A stretch of DNA of 64,000 nucleotides from a bacterium (GTDB taxonomy: Bacteria; Patescibacteriota; UBA1384; CAILIB01), in the NCBI GenBank assembly GCA_037131105.1, contig JBAXRQ010000001.1:386039-450038 (forward strand), in the 5' to 3' direction. Shown piece by piece: positions 47,890 to 57,822 of this stretch (the stretch's first letter is position 1; each line of letters begins with the position of its first letter). The position numbers and the translations under genes are program-made. The notes under the pieces are model-generated. The model searched no databases. It had not been told where the DNA came from and saw only the letters and a program-made list of their open reading frames with translations.

Positions 47890-48906
47890 CTAGTCCCAAC
47901 TCAGGTTTCCGGCGGTCTGGTACTCGGTAACCCGGGTCTCAAAGAAGTTCTTTTCCTTTTTCAGATCGATCACCTCACTCATCCACGGGAAGGGATTTGG
48001 TACGTCGTACACCTTGGGCAGACGGATTCTCTCAAGACGACGGTCAGCCACGTACTGTACGTACTGCTTGATGTTGGCACCGTTCAGGCCTAGTATTCCG
48101 TTTGGCAGGCAGTCGTCCACGTAGCGCTCCTCGAGCTCCACTGCCTTCTTGATATTTTTGACGCAAGCCTTCTGGAACTCAGCGGTCCAGATCTCGGGGT
48201 TCTCATCAATGAGGGTGTTCACCAGGTCTGATCCGAAGGCCAGGTGAACTGACTCATCCCGTAGGATGTACTGGAACTGCTCGGAAACACCGATCATCTT
48301 GTTCTGACGGGCAAACGACAGCATCATCACGAAGCCGGCGTAGAAGAAAATGCCTTCCATGATCACATAGTAGCCTACAAGGTCATTTACATAGCGCTGG
48401 ATATTCAGGGTACTGTCGGGCTTGAAGCTGTCGTCAAGAATAGACTTTGTAATAGTGACGACAAAGTCGTCCTTGTCCTTAATACTGGGAATGGTCTGGT
48501 ACATGTTGTAGACCTCGTCAGGGTCCAGCCCTAAGGAATCGCAGCAATAGATGAAGGTGTCGGTGTGGACGGCCTCTTCGTAGGCCTGGCGCAGCAGGTA
48601 CTGGCGGCATTCGGGATTGGTAAGGTGCTTGTATACCGACAGAACGATGTTGTTTGCCGTAAGTGACTCGGCAGTGGAGAAGAAGCCCATATTGTACATG
48701 ATCAGCCGCCGCTCATCGTCGGTCAGACCTCCAGGACGCTTCCACAGCTCGATGTCGTTCTGCATAGCTACTTCTTCGGGCGTCCAGTTATTGGCGACGC
48801 CGTTTTTGTAGTGCTTGCGAGCCCAGTGATAGCGCATCGGCAAGATCTTGTTAGGATCGGTACCAGATGAGTTAATGAGGCCTTTTTTAGCAGTGGATTT
48901 TGTCAT
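47890..48906 (-). CDS. nrdB: Ribonucleotide reductase R2, class Ic (Mn/Fe)-type signature
   Basis: FFSTAES, EEAVHTDTF, EGIFFY, RDESVH, NFFETRVTEY. Confidence 0.95.
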   Translation of the reverse strand: MTKSTAKKGLINSSGTDPNKILPMRYHWARKHYKNGVANNWTPEEVAMQNDIELWKRPGGLTDDERRLIMYNMGFFSTAESLTANNIVLSVYKHLTNPECRQYLLRQAYEEAVHTDTFIYCCDSLGLDPDEVYNMYQTIPSIKDKDDFVVTITKSILDDSFKPDSTLNIQRYVNDLVGYYVIMEGIFFYAGFVMMLSFARQNKMIGVSEQFQYILRDESVHLAFGSDLVNTLIDENPEIWTAEFQKACVKNIKKAVELEERYVDDCLPNGILGLNGANIKQYVQYVADRRLERIRLPKVYDVPNPFPWMSEVIDLKKEKNFFETRVTEYQTAGNLSWD

Positions 48907-51641
48907 AGGGCAGCAGCTACGGATATCTCAGTGATCTCAAGTTCGGAAGTAGCATTGGCTTTGCTCAGGTCGAGGGTACTCTTCTCTACGGAGCTGGCCG
49001 CTAGGCTGCGGAGGTAGTAGGTAGTCTTCAGTCCAAGATGCCAAGCATGCATGTAGACGTCTGAAAGAGCTTTACCGGAGCTGCCGCTGAAGAAGATGTT
49101 TAGTGACTGACTCTGGTCGATCCACTTACCGCGGTAGGCGGCGATCTTGATCAGCCAGGCGGGATTGATCTCAAATACCGTCTTGTACTTGGCGCGCAGG
49201 CGTGGCGGGATGATGGTCAGGTCCTGGATGCCGCCATCTGTGCGCTTCAGCTCCTCGAGCATAGTCTGGTTCCAGAGTCCCAGGCGCTTCAGATCTTCTA
49301 CCAGGTACTGGTTCACTACGGTAAACTCACCGCTCATGTTCGACTTGACGAAGAGGTTCTGGTAGATGGGCTCGATGCAAGGGAAGGTACCGCTGATATT
49401 TCCAAGGTTGGAAGTAGGGGCGATAGCCATCATGTTCGAGTTGCGCAGTCCGTGTTTCTTCACTGACTCCCGGACCGGCTTCCAGTCCAGCTTGGAGGAA
49501 CGGGCGACGCCGATAGGTATGCCCCGCTCGGACTCAAGCAGGTCAAGCGTGTCGATGGGGAACATGCCGCGGTCCCACTTAGATCCCTTAAAGCTCTCGT
49601 AGGCGCCTTTCTCCTTGGCTAGAACTGAGGAAGCTAGGATGGCGTAGTAGGAGACGATCTCCATACTCTCATCAGCAAACTTTACTGCTTTCTCAGAGTC
49701 AAAGTCGATATCCAGCAGGTACAGTGCATCCTGGAAGCCTACCACGCCGAGGCCTACCGGACGGTGGCGCATGTTAGCGTTCTTGGTCTCCTCGGTCAGA
49801 TACAAGTTCAGGTCGATGACGTTGTCTAGCATGCGCATAGCGGTGGTGACCGTCTCCTTGACCATTGCTTTGTCGAACTTTCCGTTCACAATATGGCGGG
49901 CAAAGTTGATGGACCCGAGGTTGCAGACAGCCGTCTCGTCAGCCGAGTTGTTGAGGGTGATCTCGGTGCAAAGGTTTGAGTTATGTACGACGCCGACGTG
50001 GTCCTGAGGTGAGCGTAGGTTGCAGGCGTCCTTGAAGGTGATCCAAGGGTGGCCGGTCTCAAATAGCATGGAGATCATTTTTCTCCAGAGATCTTTGGCC
50101 TCCATGGTTTTGAAGAGCTTGATCTTACCCTGAGCAACCTTTTTCTCGTACTCAACATACTTTCTCTCGAACTCCTTCCCGTAGATGTGGTGCAGCTCAG
50201 GAGTCTCCTCAGGTGAGAAAAGGGTCCACTTGCCGCCAGCGATGACCCGCTTCATGAAGAGGTCGGGAATCCAGTTGGCGGTGTTCATGTCATGGGTGCG
50301 GCGACGGTCGTCACCGGTGTTCTTGCGGAGGTCGAGAAAGTCCTCGATGTCGTAGTGCCAGGTCTCAAGATAAACACAGGCAGCGCCGCGACGCTTTCCT
50401 GAGCGGTTGATGGCCACGGTCACGTCGTTAGCAATCTTCAGGAACGGAACCACTCCCTGTGAGCCTACGTTGGTAGTCTTGATCAGGGCGCCGGTACCAC
50501 GGATGTTGGTCCAGTCAGTGCCGATACCTCCCGAGTACTTGGCTAGCTGGGCGTTGTCACCGTAGACCTTAAAGATATTTGAAAGATCGTCCTGGACGGT
50601 GTTCAGGAAACAGGAGGACAGCTGGGGATAGGTGGTGCCAGACTGGAAAAGGGTTGGTGTGGATGGTAAGTAACGAAGGGTGGAGAGGGTGTCGTAGAAC
50701 TCCTTGGCGTACTTTGTCTTGTTCTCGCCTTCGCCAAGCGCCATGCCCATGCATACGCGCATCCAGAAGGTCTGAGCCGTTTCTACTTTGTGCTCGCCTC
50801 CCTCTTCGCGGAGGAAGTATCGATCATAGAGAACGAGTATGCCCAGATATTCAAAGAGTTCGTCACGCTCGGGTTTCAGGTAGTCGGCTAGGTCGTCGAG
50901 ATCGAACTCGAGCATAGCGGGGTCAAGACGCTTGCTGGCGACTCCGTTATTGATCGTATTGATGAACGATTGGCGATACTTCTTCTCATAATCCTTGGCG
51001 GTGGACCTGATGCCGATGACCTCCTGGGCGATGGTGTCCAGGGCTAGACGGGCAGTGATCTTGGAATAGGCGGGGTCCAACTCGATCATCGAACGGGTGG
51101 TGAGTACGAGGGCACGGTTTAGGTCTTCCCAGCCCATGCCGTCGAACAGGTTGCCCTCACACATCTTGACCAGCTCATTGACGCTTGCGACGTCCTCATG
51201 TCCCTCTATGGCCCACTGGAAGAGTTGACGTAGTCTCTTGCGGTCAAGCGGCTGCTTCTTGCCTTCGGGATCGATGTAATGAATCTGGGATAGCTCCGCC
51301 TTCTCATGGGCAGCAGTATCGGCAGCCTTCTTCTGGCGTTTTTCGGCATCTCGCAGCTTGGCGCGCTCGGCACGATAGAGAATGTAACCCTTGGCAATCT
51401 CAAAGAGACCGTACTCCATCAGAGTGCGCTCAACCAGGTCCTGGACGGCTTCTACTGTAGGAATACTGTCCTGGAAGCCAAGCTCTATGTGACGGAGGGC
51501 ATGGTCGGCGATAACGTCAAAGGGACGAAGGTCTATGCCGGGGTTGACGGCGAGCGCCGCCTTTTCCATAGCTGTCTGGATCTTGTCACGCTCGAAGTCA
51601 ACAACGGTGCCATCTCGCTTTTTAATGCGCATGATCTCCAT
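48903..51641 (-). CDS. nrdA: Ribonucleotide reductase R1 with N-terminal ATP-cone(s)
   Basis: IKKRDG ATP cone, SSCFL, SNLCTEI, VCNLGS, LKTTYY; AGGAGG SD before 51641. Confidence 0.96.
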   Translation of the reverse strand: MEIMRIKKRDGTVVDFERDKIQTAMEKAALAVNPGIDLRPFDVIADHALRHIELGFQDSIPTVEAVQDLVERTLMEYGLFEIAKGYILYRAERAKLRDAEKRQKKAADTAAHEKAELSQIHYIDPEGKKQPLDRKRLRQLFQWAIEGHEDVASVNELVKMCEGNLFDGMGWEDLNRALVLTTRSMIELDPAYSKITARLALDTIAQEVIGIRSTAKDYEKKYRQSFINTINNGVASKRLDPAMLEFDLDDLADYLKPERDELFEYLGILVLYDRYFLREEGGEHKVETAQTFWMRVCMGMALGEGENKTKYAKEFYDTLSTLRYLPSTPTLFQSGTTYPQLSSCFLNTVQDDLSNIFKVYGDNAQLAKYSGGIGTDWTNIRGTGALIKTTNVGSQGVVPFLKIANDVTVAINRSGKRRGAACVYLETWHYDIEDFLDLRKNTGDDRRRTHDMNTANWIPDLFMKRVIAGGKWTLFSPEETPELHHIYGKEFERKYVEYEKKVAQGKIKLFKTMEAKDLWRKMISMLFETGHPWITFKDACNLRSPQDHVGVVHNSNLCTEITLNNSADETAVCNLGSINFARHIVNGKFDKAMVKETVTTAMRMLDNVIDLNLYLTEETKNANMRHRPVGLGVVGFQDALYLLDIDFDSEKAVKFADESMEIVSYYAILASSVLAKEKGAYESFKGSKWDRGMFPIDTLDLLESERGIPIGVARSSKLDWKPVRESVKKHGLRNSNMMAIAPTSNLGNISGTFPCIEPIYQNLFVKSNMSGEFTVVNQYLVEDLKRLGLWNQTMLEELKRTDGGIQDLTIIPPRLRAKYKTVFEINPAWLIKIAAYRGKWIDQSQSLNIFFSGSSGKALSDVYMHAWHLGLKTTYYLRSLAASSVEKSTLDLSKANATSELEITEISVAAAL

Positions 51642-51871
51642 ACCCGCCTCCTGTAGTCGGTTAAGCAAGGGCTTGTGCGGTGTATTCCTGTCTCAAGTGG
51701 ACCTTTGACGGAGGTCGGGGCTTGAACGTACATACGAGGCGCAGGTCCTCAGTGGTTGGTAAGTTGGCCAGGCCTTTCGGCCCGAAGTGGGAAAAAACGC
51801 GGCCCAAGTGGGAGGCCGGTAGAACTAGCGTACCAATGGACCGAAGCGATGGTCAAGCCTTTTGCAAACGA

Positions 51872-52489
51872 TTAGCGTCCTGCCTCGAAGGAATCAAACA
51901 TGAAGTGGTTTCCGTGGCTGACTATAGTGCTAAGAGAGCAGTTGTCCGGCCATAAAAAATCTTCAGGGGGATTGCTTACGATACGATGTACCGCAGTCCA
52001 GATTACGCCTGAATGCGTGGCTACCAATACCTGCTTCCCGGGGTGGTGCTCATGGACGCTAGACAGGAAATTCCGGATACGGCCTTCGAGCTCCTCAATG
52101 GTCTCAGCGCCAGTGATACGAAACTCACCAGTATAGGCACTCTTGGGAAACTCATAGCCGGGATGGGTAGGAAGTAAGTCCGCAGGTGACTTTCCTTCCC
52201 AGGAACCAAGGTCACGCTCGATGAGACGGTCATCCAGGTGGACTTTGAGGCCGAGTTGTTCTACGAGGGGGCGGACGGTTAGCTGACAACGAGTAAGAGG
52301 AGAAGAGTACACAGCTGCGATAGGGTGCTTGAGCAGAGAACGGGTCAGGCGCTCGATTTGAGCACCGGCGGTAGGCGAAAGTGGTACCTCCATGCTGCCG
52401 GTGTGTCGTTGCTCCTTGTTCCAGGTGGTTTGAGCGTGACGTACCAACAGAAATACGGTAGGATCGATAGTAGTGGGGGTGGAGTCCAT
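51872..52489 (-). CDS. Histidine phosphatase family protein
   Basis: LVRHAQT, SSPL.R, THSG. Confidence 0.9.
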   Translation of the reverse strand: MDSTPTTIDPTVFLLVRHAQTTWNKEQRHTGSMEVPLSPTAGAQIERLTRSLLKHPIAAVYSSPLTRCQLTVRPLVEQLGLKVHLDDRLIERDLGSWEGKSPADLLPTHPGYEFPKSAYTGEFRITGAETIEELEGRIRNFLSSVHEHHPGKQVLVATHSGVIWTAVHRIVSNPPEDFLWPDNCSLSTIVSHGNHFMFDSFEAGR

Positions 52490-52545
52490 AGCTGAATGCT
52501 ATCACGAACCCTTTGCGGTAGTCACTGATCATTGTCATCTCAGTC

Positions 52546-53172
52546 ATGCGCAAGTTTTTCCGAAAGATACTCTGGACGCTCGTATTTCTGCTGGTCATTA
52601 CCGGCGGAGCTTATTTCCTTGTTCGTCAGAAAGTTGATGAGACGGCAGCAGGGCATATCTATGCGACTACTGGTTCACTTCCTACCGGTAGGATCGGTTT
52701 GGTGCTCGGTGCCCAGGTGTTTCCTGATGCAGTACCCAGCAAGGCGCTGGCCTATAGGCTGCAGACGGCAGTCGATCTTTATAAGAAGGGCAAGATTACC
52801 GGACTACTTATGAGCGGCGACGGACGCAGTAAGTACTACAATGAGGTCGCCACCATGAAGAGTTACGCCCTGGACGCGGGAGTCCCGGCTACGGCCATCC
52901 TTACCGATAACGATGGCCTGAGGACCTACAGTAGCTGTTACCGGGCAAAAAGTGAATTCGGCCTGGCCAGGCTTACCGTCATCACCCAGCCCGAGCACTT
53001 ACTGCGTACCGTCTACACCTGTCGCAGTCTAGGAATCGACGCAGTGGGCTTTGCCTCACCCGACATTGGGGGTAGTATTCTCGACCGTAATTACGCCTAC
53101 TATTATTTACGTGAGAAAGCCGCCCTGGTGCTGGCGTGGTTGGATGTCGAGGTCATTCATCCCGCTCCCTGA
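52546..53172 (+). CDS. SanA/ElyC (DUF218) family protein
   Basis: LVLGA, RL..A..LY..GK, MSGD, D.DGLRTY.S. Confidence 0.9.
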   Translation: MRKFFRKILWTLVFLLVITGGAYFLVRQKVDETAAGHIYATTGSLPTGRIGLVLGAQVFPDAVPSKALAYRLQTAVDLYKKGKITGLLMSGDGRSKYYNEVATMKSYALDAGVPATAILTDNDGLRTYSSCYRAKSEFGLARLTVITQPEHLLRTVYTCRSLGIDAVGFASPDIGGSILDRNYAYYYLREKAALVLAWLDVEVIHPAP

Positions 53173-54347
53173 TGCCTCGAAACCCTGTGGTGCAATCCGC
53201 TTTGGAGATAGCTGCCCGTGACTTGCGCTGGTGCTACCGTGAGCGTGGCATTATGACCGGCAGCCGGCTGGTCTACTGGAGCTGGGACTCGTTCTTTGCC
53301 TCATTGGGGGCCGACTGCCTGGGAGATACGGGTACGGTGAAGCATAATCTCGAGCTCTATCTGGGTTTACAGGCAGAGAACGGATCGCTACCCAAGAATA
53401 TAGCTCATCCCTTATATTTTCTGAAATTCGTGGGGCTCCCCATTAAGGAAGACTCCCATAAGCAGCGGCCCAATTTCTCTAACGCCTATTTTACGGCGCC
53501 TAGCCTTACCCAGAACCCTACCTTTGTCATCGCCTTGCACGACTATGTGACGGTCAGCGGTGACCTTGCTTTCTTTAAAAAACATGCCGGGGCGGTGGAA
53601 GCAATCATGCGTTACCTGGCATCGAAGGAGAGTGAGTTCGGCCTTTTGAAGGAGGGAATCGGCGGGGGATGGGCAGAAAGCGTACTGAAGCGCGGCGCTA
53701 TCGCCTTCACTAATACTTGCTATGCCAGAAGCGCCTGGTGTTTGTCTGAGCTATACGGGATGTCTGGTGATACTGAGCGGTCCCAGCATTACTTACATGT
53801 CTTTGCGGTCCTAAAGGATGCCATAAACGACGTGCTATGGTCGGATGAGGACGGCGGTTATTATAGCGATTGGTATGGGCATCGCCGGCACCATCACTTT
53901 GCTACTGACGGTAATTTGCTAGCCATAGTTTGGGACATTGCCTCGAAGAAACAGGCCTCCTGTATAGAGAAGCGAATCGCTGAGCTTTCGCTTGAGGATG
54001 ATGTGCCGATCCGTCTGGCTTACAGCCGCTACAGCTTCTGGAGGGTATACATCTTTAACCGGCTGGGGGGCTTGAAGGACTATCACGTAGGTTTTTGCTG
54101 GAGCTGGCTGGGATGCGTGGACGTGCTGGCCCGACTCAAGATGGGTAAGAGGAAGGAGGCCGAAACGATACTGGCTAAGATCGCCGCCGTCATAGTCCGC
54201 GACGGTACCGTGCACGAGATATATGACAAAGGACGTCCGGTGCGCAACCCATTTTACAAGAGTGAACAACCATGGGCCTGGGGCGCCGGCCTCTTCGTAA
54301 AGGCGTGCTATGCCCTGGATTATGAACTAACCAACCACCATGCCTGA
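53172..54347 (+). CDS. (alpha/alpha)6-barrel glycoside hydrolase (amylo-alpha-1,6-glucosidase-like)
   Basis: WSWDSFFA, DGNLLAI, YH.G..W.W, EIY, WGAG. Confidence 0.75.
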   Translation: MPRNPVVQSALEIAARDLRWCYRERGIMTGSRLVYWSWDSFFASLGADCLGDTGTVKHNLELYLGLQAENGSLPKNIAHPLYFLKFVGLPIKEDSHKQRPNFSNAYFTAPSLTQNPTFVIALHDYVTVSGDLAFFKKHAGAVEAIMRYLASKESEFGLLKEGIGGGWAESVLKRGAIAFTNTCYARSAWCLSELYGMSGDTERSQHYLHVFAVLKDAINDVLWSDEDGGYYSDWYGHRRHHHFATDGNLLAIVWDIASKKQASCIEKRIAELSLEDDVPIRLAYSRYSFWRVYIFNRLGGLKDYHVGFCWSWLGCVDVLARLKMGKRKEAETILAKIAAVIVRDGTVHEIYDKGRPVRNPFYKSEQPWAWGAGLFVKACYALDYELTNHHA

Positions 54348-55107
54348 GGCTACCCGACACGATATCAAGGAACTGTTTGAGCTGCGCGACCGCAGTATCC
54401 GCTACGAGCGCCGCCAATTTGTGATTGAGGGAAAGAAGCTGGTGGCTGAAGCCATTGCCTCAGGTCTGGCTATCCAGGATATCTTTGTCACTGAACTCTT
54501 TGCCTCCAAGGAGGCTGACTATCTAGCTGGCTTGAAAGGACTGCCGTTGCTAACCATCCCCCAAGAGGCAGGTGACCGACTGGCAGGAACCACTACCTTC
54601 CCAGGTATCCTGGCAGTGGTGAGTATGCCTGAGGTGACCACCAAAGCCGATGGCAGACTGCTGGCCGCCCTTGACGGGGTGAATGACCCGGGGAATCTCG
54701 GCACCATGATCCGTACTGCTGAGTGGTTCGGGGTGACTACGCTCATCCTTGGTCCGGGTACGGTGGATCCCTATAATGAGAAGGTGGTACGTTCTGCTAT
54801 GGGATCGCTCTTTCGCTCTCGCTTTGTCCAGACTGACAACCTTGCAAAGACACTGATCGAGCTGAAGGCGGAGGGCTACCGACTAGTAGCTGCCGAAATT
54901 TCCGGAGGAGGCGAGGAGGTGCTTACCGCTGATCCTACTTGTCTGCTGATGGGTAGCGAGTCACACGGCCTTTCACCTGATCTGAGTGCCCTGGCTGACG
55001 CGGTCTATACTATTCCTGGCGCTGGCACAACTGAATCGCTGAACGTCGCGGTAAGCTTCGGTATCATCCTCCATCAGTTAAGTCATACCTATGGCCGCAG
55101 CTCCTGA
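54340..55107 (+). CDS. TrmH/SpoU family RNA methyltransferase
   Basis: DPGNLGTMIRTA, MGSESHG, ESLNVAVS. Confidence 0.92.
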   Translation: MPEATRHDIKELFELRDRSIRYERRQFVIEGKKLVAEAIASGLAIQDIFVTELFASKEADYLAGLKGLPLLTIPQEAGDRLAGTTTFPGILAVVSMPEVTTKADGRLLAALDGVNDPGNLGTMIRTAEWFGVTTLILGPGTVDPYNEKVVRSAMGSLFRSRFVQTDNLAKTLIELKAEGYRLVAAEISGGGEEVLTADPTCLLMGSESHGLSPDLSALADAVYTIPGAGTTESLNVAVSFGIILHQLSHTYGRSS

Positions 55108-55537
55108 TTCCATTAAGGTCCTTCGTCTCGATCCTGAGCTTCCCCTACCTGCTTATCAGTCTGAGGGAGCGGCAGCTTTTGACCTGCGTTCAAGGGAGTC
55201 AGTTGAAATAGCTCCTCGTACCCATGCCAAGGTGCCGCTTGGTGTCGCTATGCGTCTGCCTGAAGGGCACTTTGCCGTGCTTGCGGTGCGGAGCTCGTTG
55301 CATAAGCGGGGACTGATGGCTGCCAACGGGGTCGGCATAGTGGATCAGGACTACTGTGGTGACGAGGATGAATATACGGCGATCCTCTATAATTTCACTG
55401 ACGAACCGGCTAGGATTGATAAGGGCGAGCGTATCATGCAGGTGGTGCCTCTTGCCTTCGCCCAGCATTCGTTTGAAGAAGTAACGAGTCTGTCGGCCGC
55501 TTCCCGCGGCGGCTTCGGTACTACTGGCAACCAGTAA
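55091..55537 (+). CDS. dut: dUTP diphosphatase
   Basis: AAFDL, RSS, GIVDQDY, RGGFGTTG. Confidence 0.93.
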   Translation: MAAAPDSIKVLRLDPELPLPAYQSEGAAAFDLRSRESVEIAPRTHAKVPLGVAMRLPEGHFAVLAVRSSLHKRGLMAANGVGIVDQDYCGDEDEYTAILYNFTDEPARIDKGERIMQVVPLAFAQHSFEEVTSLSAASRGGFGTTGNQ

Positions 55538-55546
55538 TCACTTAGC

Positions 55547-56752
55547 ATGTCATACACGCCTCCCCAGGAGATCCTGGAAAAATACGCCGATCTGCTCATA
55601 AACTTCGCTTTGGGCAACTGCAAAGGGATAAAGCCGGGAGACGTGGTCTGGATGCGGCTGCACGAGTCGGCCAAGCCGTTTTATGCGCCGCTTCGCAATG
55701 CCATCCTCAAGGCCGGAGGCCATCCTCTGATCCAGTATTATCCTGACGGGGTGGGTGCTGCTGAAGAGTATGATCTTTCCAGTCCCAAGCAGCTAGAGTT
55801 TGGCTTTGACAAGTACTACGGTGGCATCATTGAGCAGGTGGATCACATGGTCTATGTGATCTCTGAGGCCGACAAGTACGAGTTGCAGGATGTCGAGCCT
55901 TCCCGGATTATTACCAAAAACAACGCTCTGCGCTCATATATGAAGCAGCGCAACGCCAAGGAGTCAGCTGGTAAGTTTACCTGGACCATTGGCATGTACG
56001 GGACACCGGCTATGGCGGCTGATGTAGGCCTTTCTGAGGAGGAGTATTGGGGCCAGATCATCAAGGCCTGCTACCTCGATGCTGTCGACCCTAAGGTTGA
56101 GTGGAAGCGGGTAACCGAGGAGATCGAGCGGGTCCGTGAGGCTCTGAACGCTCTTTCTATCCAGAAACTGCATGTGGAGGGAGAGCATATCGACCTCTGG
56201 GTTGGTCTGGGTGCTAACCGACAGTGGCTGGGTGGCTCAGGTGCCAATATTCCCAGCTTCGAGCTGTTTGTATCCCCAGACTGGCGACAGACCAACGGCG
56301 AAATATTCTTCAACCAGCCTCTCTACCGGTATGGCAATAGCATCGAAGGCATCAAGCTTCGCTTCAAGGATGGCGTGGTGGTGGAGTCTAGTGCTACTAA
56401 GGGCGAGGCACTTCTGAAAGAATTGCTGGCTACTGAGAACGCTGACAAGATAGGCGAATACTCGCTAACCGATGGAAGTCTTTCCCGGATTACCCATCTC
56501 ATGGGAGAGACCCTGTACGATGAGAATATGGGCGGCACTGAAGGAAATACCCACTTGGCGGTAGGGAACGCTTACCAGAGCTCATACACTAGTGATCCGA
56601 GTACTGTTACCGACCAGCAGTGGAAGGACTGGGGCTACAACCAGTCACAGGAGCATACCGACATCATCTCAACCGAGAAGCGCACGGTCACGGCCATTCT
56701 TCCCGACGGCAGCGAAAAGATTATCTACAGCGACGGACATTTTACCCTCTAG
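55547..56752 (+). CDS. Aminopeptidase, M29 (AmpS/PepS) family
   Basis: YADLL, NIPSFE, GEYSL, LYDEN, HLAVG, HTD. Confidence 0.92.
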   Translation: MSYTPPQEILEKYADLLINFALGNCKGIKPGDVVWMRLHESAKPFYAPLRNAILKAGGHPLIQYYPDGVGAAEEYDLSSPKQLEFGFDKYYGGIIEQVDHMVYVISEADKYELQDVEPSRIITKNNALRSYMKQRNAKESAGKFTWTIGMYGTPAMAADVGLSEEEYWGQIIKACYLDAVDPKVEWKRVTEEIERVREALNALSIQKLHVEGEHIDLWVGLGANRQWLGGSGANIPSFELFVSPDWRQTNGEIFFNQPLYRYGNSIEGIKLRFKDGVVVESSATKGEALLKELLATENADKIGEYSLTDGSLSRITHLMGETLYDENMGGTEGNTHLAVGNAYQSSYTSDPSTVTDQQWKDWGYNQSQEHTDIISTEKRTVTAILPDGSEKIIYSDGHFTL

Positions 56753-56787
56753 TGAGTCTTAAGACTCTCTATTGAGAGAGGTAAGGT

Positions 56788-57822
56788 CTAGGCTTCGCTC
56801 TGGCGTTGCCAGGAGCGGTATATGAGCTCAAGTCCGACGATACCGAGTGCGATCATGGTGGGGCCGAGTACTATGCCAATGGCGCCAAACTGGCTGACTC
56901 CTCCCAGTACTCCTAGCAGGATGAGGAAGGGGTGTAGGTGGGCACGCCGCTCTATGAGGACCGGGCCGACATAGTGGTCGAAGATGATGACCTGGGCCAA
57001 TGCCCAGCTGGCTATGCCGATGGCTGCCGTGGTATTGCCCTGGATGAGTTCAAAGAGTACTACCGGTACCCAGATAAGGGCTGATCCAATGCTTGGCACT
57101 AGGGAGGTTACTCCATAGAGTATGCCCAGCAGTACTGGGGTGGAAAGTCCGAAGACGTAGAATCCTAGACAGCTGGTAGCGGCTTGGATAAACAGCATTA
57201 CTACGTTGCCGAGTACCGTCGCTCGCACTACTTCGCGGGCCCGGTCGATGATGTGCTTGGTGTCCTTTTTGTCCAAGGGGCTGTATTTGAGAACTACGGC
57301 TTGGAACTCCTGCTGACTTTGCAGCATGTAGAAGGCGGTTACAATGGCGAGGAAAGCACTGATCAGTGTGGCTACTAGGCTGCCAACCAAAAGGGAAGCA
57401 TGTGCGCTTATCAGGTCTATAAGAGGGGAAGTATACTGGTGGAGATCGATGGCTCCTGAAAAACCGAGTCGGCCGGCGGTGTCATTTACCAGCTGGTTCA
57501 GACGGTCGAAAGAGTAGGTGTGGCTAGTCAGTAGGCTGTTTAAGGTGCTGGTTTCCCGAAGAACCGAGGCGGCGATGGCAGCCAAGGGCACGAGGGTGAT
57601 AGTCAGAGCCACCAGCACGGTGATAAGGGCGGCAAGTCCGGGAAGCCGCACTACTCTCAGGATGGCGCGGTAGAGAGGACGGCTTAAGGTGCTGATGATG
57701 ACGCCAGTGATGATCGGCAGGAGCATCGGCCCGAGCAGAAGGAAAATCCCGTAGGCTAGGACGCTGGCGATAGCCAGGTTGACGAGGGAGCGGATAAGGG
57801 TAGCCTGCTGCTGTTCAGCCAT
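56788..57822 (-). CDS. AI-2E family transporter
   Basis: Multi-TM; LHP...GVLGG...G..GIVLGP. Confidence 0.88.
   Translation of the reverse strand: MAEQQQATLIRSLVNLAIASVLAYGIFLLLGPMLLPIITGVIISTLSRPLYRAILRVVRLPGLAALITVLVALTITLVPLAAIAASVLRETSTLNSLLTSHTYSFDRLNQLVNDTAGRLGFSGAIDLHQYTSPLIDLISAHASLLVGSLVATLISAFLAIVTAFYMLQSQQEFQAVVLKYSPLDKKDTKHIIDRAREVVRATVLGNVVMLFIQAATSCLGFYVFGLSTPVLLGILYGVTSLVPSIGSALIWVPVVLFELIQGNTTAAIGIASWALAQVIIFDHYVGPVLIERRAHLHPFLILLGVLGGVSQFGAIGIVLGPTMIALGIVGLELIYRSWQRQSEA

Noticed and set aside
56754-56780. Overlapping palindromes gagtcttaagactc / ctctc-tatt-gagag
   Set aside because: They lie between convergent genes; most simply a bidirectional terminator.
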